Positions 56,001 through 64,000 of a stretch of DNA of 64,000 bases are shown in pieces. Positions within the stretch are counted from its first letter, which is position 1; every line of letters begins with the position of its first letter. Origin of the DNA: Bugula neritina (Eukaryota > Animalia > Bryozoa); the NCBI GenBank assembly GCA_964035545.1, contig OZ037768.1, forward strand, positions 2,016,741 through 2,080,740. The letters are read 5' to 3'. Position numbers and translations under genes: made by a program. The notes beneath the pieces are model-generated. The model made no database searches, was not told the DNA's origin, and saw only the letters and a program-made list of their open reading frames with translations.

Positions 56001-59000
56001 TGGCTGAAGTGTACAAAAGAAAAATATTACAATTGCTGATTTGAAATAAGACACTCATGTATACAATGTTCAGAATCAAATATTTTATTTCTGTTGACAA
56101 ACCTGGGAAAGAAGAGTCTTTTCTTTTCCAGGTAAGCATTGAGCCCTTTGTTGATCTTATCCAGAAGACCATTGCTGTCTCTCAACTTCTCCAGCAGACC
56201 TTGCAGATTGGTAGCTTGTAGGACCTGGCAGCAAATACAACAGTTGACAGCAAATATAGCAGTTGACAGCAAACACAATAGTTGGCAGTAAAATATCCAA
56301 ACAAGGAATTGCAGATTTAACCAAAACATACTTGTTATTAGTTGGCTATTTATAGTTCTACTTTATAAATTACTGTACAAAGGCTCCTTGTATTATTTGT
56401 ACTTCAACATCTTATTACATAACAAAACAACACTCAATAGTGTGGAAGAACTCATCTTCAGCCACACCTCTGTATTATACAATCATTTCCCCAGAAGGCA
56501 GCTGCCAGGAAATGGCTTTCTACTGCCTGCCAGTCTCTCACCTTAGGATCTTTCACCACGTGCTTCATAATGTCCTTCCAGTTTCTGTCAACAGTCTGGA
56601 ACATTCTGGCCTCTTCTGGCATCTGAGCCATGATGTCTTCAGAGGAGAAGATGGGCTCGAGATACAACCACTGAGCCTGTACTTTCAGCCATTCATCAAT
56701 GATGTCTTGGATGCGGAACAGTCTCTCCTCCCATTCCTTGAAAATATCAACTCTACTTGTGATATAAAATTTAAAGCAGTTTCTCCGTTTGTACTGGTAA
56801 AGTGAATACATCTCATAATCATAAAGATTAGGTCAAACTGCTTGCCGTCAACACTAAAAACAGCCTACACAGAGTTTACCTACACAATATAAATAGTCTA
56901 CACTTTATGGTATCACCATGTAACACAATATCTTTCTTGTAACAGAGTTCACACAGGCTAGGCTATACTCAGTACCATAACATCTATATGACTCAGTACC
57001 TTGATCTCCTTCTCAAAGGGTTTGATGAAAGGAGAGCCCCTCATGGTGAGAGTTTTGACTATCTGGTCATCCAGCATAGTCTGAATGTCGTCCACGCTGG
57101 CCAAGATGGAGACTCCCGAGTCGCGATACTGCGTCAGTCCGAACGACATCGGCTCCCAGTCCTCCATCATCCTCAGCATGGCTTTCTCCAGAGAGTGTTC
57201 CTTGGTGGCGGCAGCACTAGATGCAATAGATGATGACTTAACAGCTAACTTATAACGTGAAAGATATGACAATAAGAAATGAAAATAACCAAGTATAGCT
57301 AAGAAATAAAATTTAATAAAAAACACTCAATAACAATTGTATATTATATATATAATATATATGTACTATATTATATACAGTGTGACACAATAAAATAGAT
57401 ATAATATTAGAGCATTATATATATAATATTATAATGGAATATATAAAAAGTATTAAAAAATATATACAAGATATAGACAAATATATGTAATGAAAAAAAT
57501 CAGTAAATTTCCAACAATGAAAGACAACTAAAAAACACAGAATATATTTATACCTGATTCCTTCATACTCATCCATGTGTTCAGCTAGATTTAGCTTCAG
57601 TACCTTTCTCAAAGTAGTCCCAGAGTTGGGGGTGATATCAAAGCCCGCAATCTCTGACATAATTGTCCAATGGCGGGCTCTGATGCCAGGGTTACACAGT
57701 ATAGATATGGTAGGAATGTATTCCTACAATTCATACATGCAACACATTGAGTTTATATACTGCAGATATCTCAGATATGTATGCTATATACACGCAATAC
57801 TACAAATGTTTAAACAGGCACCTTAAAGCCGTTGATATTCTCCATAGTGTTACTACAGACTGTTAGAGACGCAGGCGGCAGCACCTCAGGCAGCTCTTCC
57901 TCTTTCTCTCCGTCGTCTGTGTCGAATTTCTTTTTCTTCTTCCTTTCTCTCTCCAACTCTTGCCTCTCCGTCTAAATACCCCAAACATACATCATGACCT
58001 TTCTGTTAAACAATATTACCTTTATATTATATTATTACTATATGGTATTATAATATCATGATATTAGCACTAAGTTATGTAACAGAAGTATCTTTATCTA
58101 GGCGAACATATTATAAAAAATCTGTTTTTCTTAAATTAGTTTGAATATCTAGTTTAATCAGAGCTGTGAAGTTGCGGTTACAGACTTTCTAAAGTCATAC
58201 GAATAATTCTGTTTTGTGTAATAATAGTGGATGGTCAAATTGCTATCTTATATCTTTAGTGGCAACAGAAGAACACAAGTATTAGTAAAAGTCATAAGTG
58301 AAAGAAGCAGGAGATGTTAAGTATAAAATAATAGTACCCTCATGAGCAGGTAAAGGTATGCATATCTAGAGAGTACAGAACTGCTACAAAATAATAGTCA
58401 AACAAGAATGTTTCTACTTGCACTCAGACTATTGACAAAAGGCAACATATATCAATAAGGACAGTGCAGACGCCAGCCTAGAACATTGCAGAAGGCAATA
58501 TCCAAGTCCTCAGGCTAGAACTCATAAGATTGACAACATCGACATAAAATAGTGAACAATGTGAAGCCTACCTCGTCCAATAAAACATAGGACCAGAGGT
58601 CCAGGCCATACTGGGCCGCTTCCTTAAGTACACAATTACTAACATACATTAGCAGTTAGTAACACATTTTAGACCAGAGATCCAGCCCGAACCAGACTGC
58701 TAACAAAGGTGCTAAGTAAATGGCTGATTATAAGGCTATACCTGCTACACTATACTACACTATACTATATTTTGCAACAAAATATCACTAGTTCAAAGTA
58801 GACTAGAACCACAGTGGACCAGTACCACAGTGGACCAGTACCACAGTGGACTAGTACCACTGTGGTACTAGTCTACTATGGTACTATTCTACTGTGGTAC
58901 TGGTCCACTGTGGTACTAGTCCACTGTGGTACTGGTCCAATGTGGTACTAGTCCACTGTGGTACTAGTCCACTGTGGTACTAGTTCACTGTGGTGATATA

Positions 59001-62000
59001 ATTGCTTTATTGATAGACAAGGTAGATGGCTGTGAAAGTTATTATTGCTCAACAAAATATATAACTTGTTATTAGTCAATTTCTGAAATGGCTGGTTTTC
59101 CCAGACCATCAATCAGTCAAAAAGAAAAGATAACTCCTTAAAAATAATTTTATTTTTTCCCATTGTGAGCCAATGCACTACACTAGCTGTAGAAAATGTT
59201 GAGAAGCTGCCAATAAAACTCCAGCCTGACTTGAAGAACCAAGGCTATACTAGACTATAAATTGACTATATGAAGCCTGAGGTGTATAAATCTATATAAC
59301 AATTCTCATCAACGAAATAAGCCCAACTATAAGCATGAATGAACGATCATTTGCTGAAGTAAAAAATTTTTTTTCAGAAACTTATATCAGAAAACTGCAC
59401 AAATATAGAGCAACCAAATTCTTTAATCAAGCAAAAATTTTATATTTTAAAACTATTACCTATTAATATAAGTAACAGGAAATACAAAGTTAGAAATTAC
59501 ACAATGCAATATAATACGACTTCAATTACAGCTAAATACTTCATAGCAACTACATGGCACCTCACCTGTAGCTTTTTAAATTTATTGTTGAAGAATTTTT
59601 GAATTTTGTACAACTCCCTCCAATACTCGTCAACTTCGCTCTCGATGACCTCCGAGTCAAGGTCAAGGAAAGCGCCATCTGTCCACTTCTTCTCTGCCCG
59701 CTGCCACTTGACTACCACATTGAACAGCTTGAAGAAGGGATCAATGGAGGAGGCAATCTCGTCCACAACAGGATACTGGCTGACGGGGTATTTGTATAAC
59801 GCCTGAAACACAGAGTCTTACTCTTATCTCTATTGGTATATACTACAGACTAACACAGAGCACTACACACTAACACAGAGCAATATACACTAACACAGAG
59901 TACTACACACTAACACAGAGTAATACACACTAACACAGAGTAATACACACTAACACACAGTAATACACAGTAATACATAGTACTACACACTAACACAGAG
60001 TAATACACACTGACACAGAGTAATACACACTGACACAGAGTAATACACACTAACACAGAGTAATACACACTAACACAGAGTACTACACACTAACACAGAG
60101 TAATACACACTAACACAGAGTAATACACACTAACACAGAGTAATACACACTGACACAGAGTAATATACACTAACACAGAGTAATACACACTAACACAGAG
60201 TAATACACACTGACACAGAGTAATACACACTAACACAGAGTAATACACACTAACACAGAGTAATACAGACTAACACAGAGTACTACACACTAACACAGAG
60301 TAATACACACTAACACAGAGTAATACACACTAACACAGAGTAATACACACTAACACAGAGTAATACACACTAACACAGAGTAATATACACTAACACAGAG
60401 TAATACACACTAACACAGAGTAATACACACTGACACAGAGTAATACACACTAACACAGAGTAATACACACTAACACAGAGTAATACAGACTAACACAGAG
60501 TACTACACACTAACACAGAGTAATACACACTAACACAGAGTAATACACACTAACACAGAGTAATACACACTAACACAGAGTAATACACACTAACACAGAG
60601 TAATACAGACTAACACAGAGTAATACACACTGACACAGAGTAATACACACTGACACAGAGTAATACACACTAACACAGAGTAATACAGACTAACACAGAG
60701 TAATACACACTGACACAGAGTAATACACACTGACACAGAGTAATACACACTAACACAGAGTAATACACACTAACACAGAGTAATACACACTGACACAGAG
60801 TAATACACACTAACACAGAGTAATACACACTAACACAGAGTACTACACACTAACACAGATAGAAACAGGAAATCAGACCTCTTCCTTGTTTAGCCAAGAG
60901 ATGCTCTCCTGTGCGTCTGCCAGTCTCTTCTGCACGGCTCGGATGTCCTGCACGTACTGCCCCATCATGTCCAGCTCTCCGTACTCGTTGAACTCGTCTA
61001 CTCGCTGTCGCAGTTTCTCTAACTCCAGCATAACCTTTTCTTTCTTCTCCAGCAGCTGCTTTTCTCCGTCCAGTTTGCTGGCTTCTATCAGCTCGTCGTT
61101 CTTATCGAACACCGGGTTGATTCTCTGGGGCCAGGTGAGCACCTCAGCATTGAGGTCAAGGTCACCTAGTGACAGGAAATACAGAGATCAGTATATGACA
61201 AGGCAGCTGTGCAAAAGATTGATGAATTTTGGGTTTGCGACACTTGCTATTTGATCTCAAAAAATATTTTATTTTTTTGTCAAAAAAATTGTGAATTCTG
61301 ACTGAATGCTGCTGCATTAGTAAAGATGGCGTCGTTTATTAGTGAAATGGCAGTATAGTTACAACTGCCTCTTTGTGAAGTTGACCAGCTACTGCTACTG
61401 GCTAGACTAAGTATAAAAACTAGAAGCATGAAATAAGCCAGAGCAAAGTAAGTTCTATTACCTAATGTGAAGATATATCAACATAGCAATTGTCACAGTT
61501 CATTCATGTACATGTATGGCTACCTGTACAGCACAAACTATGGGGGCAGTTGGCAATGAAAAGGTTTTTAGTTGAATTAACTTTGAATTTATATGCTAAA
61601 AAGATCCAATTGAATAACCATAATCAACTTTTAATCATATTATTCCTCTTTTCAGAAACAGACTTCAAGTATGGAAGAAACAAAAGATAAATGTCCAGGA
61701 GACTTGCATAGCGATTAGTAAAAACAAAACAAAATGGTTGACTAATTAAAAGTATGCAGAGTGCAATAATACCAACATTCTGTTTAATGAATATATAATA
61801 ATATACTGTAAGTTTTAATGCTATCTACTGCAGCTATACACTGGCAAACTATAAATGCTAATTAAACAAGAAGCAGACGCTGCAGATCACCTTGCTCAAA
61901 GAGATAAGCCTCCATGAGGTACTGAAGTCTCTCCATGGCATTTCTGATTCGCTCATTCAGCTTTATCATGCCATTAGTACGAGCCTCCTCCACAAACTGC

Positions 62001-64000
62001 ACCATAGACATGAGCTCTTCGCTGTTTTCAGGAGGCTGTAGAGATCGAGTCTGTATCATCATGAACTCCGATATAATTCTAAAACATTTACACCCACAAA
62101 CTGCAATAAAGTAAATAAAAGTTTTCACATTCTTTCACCAAAATCCAATTGATCGGTGAATTAACATGACAAATTGTTCCTAGTTATACAGCATCAAGTT
62201 TTCAGTTCTACATTTTGGTAACTTCTCATAAAGCACAACAACTATACTGGATTTGTGGTAAAATTAGCCAGGATTTGTCTCCCCAGAGCTACTTACGACT
62301 TGTTCTCAACTCTGTGGTCATCAGTGACTCTAGTGAGGAGGATGTTGGCCAGGTCCTTGGCAGCGTCAGCAAGTCCTCTCTTCAGATCCTCGCAGTCCAG
62401 TCTGATCATGTCGAAGGTTTCGATACTCGGTAGGGCAAGGATTTCCTTCGCCACCGACTTGTATTTCTCAATCAACTGTAAGTTTATCTCTTATATTAGA
62501 CTTCATTGTCAGCGTAATATAATGTTTATGTTATACATGTGTGAGTGTGGGAATTTTAAACTAACAAATTTATACAATATGATAGGCCCTGGAATAATAA
62601 ATAAAACATGGATGAACAAACCAGTATCGAAAAAGACATATTCTTTTGCGCATCAAAATACAGAGTAACTCTTAAGCAGATACAGAGTAACTATCAAGTA
62701 GAGTTGTCAATTAACTTGCCTCAGTGTATTCTTCAAAAGTCTGTTTTGAAGCCATAAATTTCTTTATCTCACTTTCGGCATCTCCATTGACTATGTAGTT
62801 ATATCTTTCATCTGTAGTGAAAATATCAGTTTCATTATTTTTAATTTAGTTACCCTATGTAGTCTCTTGCGCTTTGAAATCATCATTTCACTAAAACTTT
62901 TACCCCACATAGATCTATTATTTTTTTCTCATCATCATATTATAGTAGTTTGACTGTGTACTATACTAAAGTGTAGCATACAGTTAAATACTCACAGAAA
63001 GACTGGAGATGAGCTTTAGGCTCCTCAAAATTTCTCCTGACAGCTTCTTTCAGCTTCACATGAGCTGCTTGAATAATGTGGTCAGCGACCAAAGCTGGTG
63101 TGTTGGTAACAGTGTTACCTCCAGATAGCCAAGAGTAAACCTGAGTGTGATAAACATGAGTATGAGTAATGGTAGAAGTAACAGAAGTTGAGATGAGTCA
63201 GAGTGGTAGTGTATCACATGAGATGAGTCAGAGTGGTAGTGTAGAAGAATTATACAAGGCAGAGACAAAATTGCAGCACTAACGAGTCATAGTGAAAATG
63301 GTGAATGATAATTTTGTTTTATTCAGCCATTCCCAGTTTTGCTCTAGGAATAGAATGAGGAAAATTTTAAACATAAACATAATCTACGTAACATGTTTTT
63401 AAATTAGAAGCAACCATGGCCTCTGCTTTTTCTCATTAAGTGTGTGTGTAAGTGTGTCTGTGTGTCTGTGTGCCTGCCTATGTGCATGCGTGTGTAGGTC
63501 TAATGTGTGTGTTAATCTCTAAGCATACTTACAGTTGGCACACTCTGCATTGTTTTACAGATCAGTGTAACCACAAACAGAGCCAGCTCTTCGAGCTCCT
63601 CATATTGAGGGTAGAACTGCATCTTCCTGTCATCAAAGGTCAGCTCCATACGAAGCAGGGGCAGGTTTTCCTTATTGTTCTCGTCAAAGAGGGAAACCCA
63701 GGAGTCTATGGTTCGTACAAGCAGGTCTTTGATCTGTGGTCAAAGAATGTGGTGCAACATTACTTCCGTATAGGGCATCTGCTATTGATAGACGTACATA
63801 TTATACCCTATAGTATAAACTGATGTAATTTTCTTACCTGGTTAGAAATGAGAGTAGTGACGGAGTTATAGAAGCTTTCCTGTTTGTCAGGTTTGATGCT
63901 GGTGAAGGCACTTTTGTCGGTGAAAAGGTTGATGATACTCGGGTACCAAGTGTGCATCAGCTTGTCTTCTGTCTTCTCACACTCGAGGATTATGTTATTT
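29026..64000 (-). CDS. DNAH12: Dynein axonemal heavy chain 12 (inner-arm, single-headed type); 5' end lies beyond right edge
   Basis: 54 phase-consistent exon slots: 63838->64000, 63533-63733, 62996-63140, 62720-62811, 62297-62475, 61891-62078, 60879-61165, 59566-59802, 57822-57971, 57554-57723, 57000-57216, 56542-56736, 56103-56224, 55670-55832, 55348-55467, 54647-55080, 54269-54437, 53802-54041, 53271-53516, 52661-52890, 52141-52327, 51044-51268, 50653-50844, 49707-49832, 49193-49381, 47805-47988, 47211-47484, 46583-46809, 45934-46079, 45104-45317, 44348-44542, 43802-44016, 43245-43483, 42542-42890, 42019-42276, 41358-41642, 40993-41241, 40318-40503, 39849-40027, 39244-39458, 37579-37771, 36958-37150, 36099-36271, [35551-35691 or 35190-35330], 33959-34117, 33264-33633, 32685-33005, 32373-32510, 31915-32148, 31287-31472, 30763-30866, 30059-30401, 29466-29557, 29026-29287. 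P-loops [33 protein letters not shown]; C-terminus [15 protein letters not shown]. Tail motifs ([40 protein letters not shown]) and [15 protein letters not shown] resemble DNAH12 more than DNAH7 or DNAH3. Confidence 0.93.
29570..29765. repeat. AT-rich degenerate tandem repeat next to a DNAH12 acceptor
   Basis: ataatataata-type periodicity. Confidence 0.6.
34196..34306. repeat. Short inverted-repeat element (possible decayed Tc1/mariner-type MITE)
   Basis: taggtgcagtaa ... ttactgcaccta, perfect 12-bp inverted repeat with TA ends. Confidence 0.4.
34750..34940. repeat. 17-bp minisatellite with ATGACATCACA core
   Basis: About 10 degenerate units (atgacatcacaaaggtc). Confidence 0.9.
35018..35155. 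repeat. 23-bp minisatellite (gtgagccgacagcaaacaaacag)
   Basis: About 6 units, 34 nt from the donor of exon copy A. Confidence 0.9.
35190..35330 (-). CDS. DNAH12: DNAH12 duplicated exon, copy A (canonical-like: [46 protein letters not shown])
   Basis: 141 nt, tttcatttcag acceptor, gtaagt donor, phase 2-2. Confidence 0.92.
35385..35519 (-). other. Intronic RNA stem-loop between the duplicated DNAH12 exons
   Basis: Arms 35385-35405 and 35499-35519: 13-bp perfect inverted repeat (ctgttgaatcagg / cctgattcaacag) extending to 21 nt with 2 mismatches; inner 8-bp gaatacag/ctgtattc pair. Confidence 0.75.
35551..35691 (-). CDS. DNAH12: DNAH12 duplicated exon, copy B (variant: [46 protein letters not shown])
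   Basis: 141 nt, tttttacag acceptor, gtaagt donor, phase 2-2, no stops, 30/46 aa identical to copy A. Confidence 0.85.
36299..36622. repeat. 21-bp minisatellite (tcaatgttctactgtgtatag)
   Basis: About 15 units. Confidence 0.95.
37197..37565. repeat. 21-bp minisatellite with ATGACATCACA core
   Basis: About 17 units (tatgacatcacaagagcagac) filling most of the intron. Confidence 0.95.
39034..39045 (-). CDS. DNAH12: Candidate 12-nt DNAH12 microexon (adds AGFG)
   Basis: ctgac...tttgttgttgccag|CTGGTTTTGGTG|gtgagt; frame-preserving in a phase-1 intron. Confidence 0.5.
40506..40770. repeat. 18-bp minisatellite (tggtaacacatggtataa)
   Basis: About 14 units running into the acceptor of exon 40503. 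Confidence 0.95.
41278..41350. repeat. (AGC/AGT)n trinucleotide repeat
   Basis: Direct inspection. Confidence 0.9.
43698..43790. repeat. 38-bp tandem repeat with AGTACACATGTA core
   Basis: Core at 43698, 43736, 43774. Confidence 0.8.
44100..44290. repeat. (AATAT)n-like degenerate pentamer repeat
   Basis: Direct inspection. Confidence 0.75.
46982..47195. repeat. (AGT/AGC)n trinucleotide repeat
   Basis: Direct inspection. Confidence 0.9.
48676..48681 (-). CDS. DNAH12: Candidate 6-nt DNAH12 microexon (adds IP)
   Basis: tgcatttcttatgttttacag|ATACCT|gtaagt; frame-preserving in a phase-0 intron. Confidence 0.4.
51274..51463. repeat. 47-bp minisatellite x4
   Basis: gtagacacatagcagatgacaacctaatgtaggtata... 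at 51294, 51341, 51388, 51435. Confidence 0.93.
52400..52645. repeat. (ACT/ACC)n and 15-bp caccaccactttcag repeats
   Basis: Direct inspection. Confidence 0.88.
55239..55347. repeat. 45-bp tandem repeat with AGTACACATGTACTTAC core, includes the donor site
   Basis: Core at 55241, 55286, 55331. Confidence 0.8.
58801..58995. repeat. Fold-back (inverted) 16-bp minisatellite
   Basis: accacagtggaccagt units flip to their reverse complement about base 58861. Confidence 0.9.
59840..60860. repeat. 20-bp minisatellite (taatacacactaacacagag) filling a whole intron
   Basis: About 50 near-identical units in the 59803-60878 intron. Confidence 0.97.

Noticed and set aside
39459-56738. AAG acceptors at 39459, 47485 and 56737
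   Set aside because: Uncommon but legitimate GT-AG introns; the frames are intact.
59840-60860. Regular array superficially like a CRISPR locus
   Set aside because: Head-to-tail units without unique spacers, no cas genes, and located in a eukaryotic intron.
29038-63823. Numerous plus-strand ORFs overlapping dynein exons (e.g. 40939-41502, 60886-61254, 62255-62668)
   Set aside because: Antisense shadows of coding exons with no recognisable domains or coherent splice structure.

Overview
This is an AT-rich, intron-dense animal (invertebrate-type) nuclear genome window. No prokaryotic features, tRNA, rRNA or CRISPR were seen. It holds four protein-coding genes whose exons I joined by hand with phase-consistent splice sites. 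(1) The 5' half of a CaMKK gene (minus strand, running off the left edge), whose reconstructed N-terminus starts MGCAGS, a myristoylation/palmitoylation-type motif. (2) TMEM127 (plus strand, 3 coding exons) with an SQ/RS-rich N-terminal extension. (3) SIAH/Sina E3 ligase (minus strand, single coding exon), tail-to-tail with TMEM127. (4) About 35 kb of axonemal dynein heavy chain DNAH12 (minus strand, 54 exon slots, 5' end off the right edge). The most notable signal is hidden alternative splicing in the DNAH12 motor. It has a pair of duplicated 141-nt exons (65% aa identity) that look mutually exclusive and are separated by an intron folding into a long stem, plus frame-preserving microexon candidates in two of the longest introns. 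Other patterns are minisatellites that systematically abut splice sites, (TATTAG/TATTAC)n hexamer islands beside all three putative promoters, a PIF/Harbinger-type MITE and a fold-back minisatellite. All isoform and promoter claims are sequence-only inferences that need RNA data.
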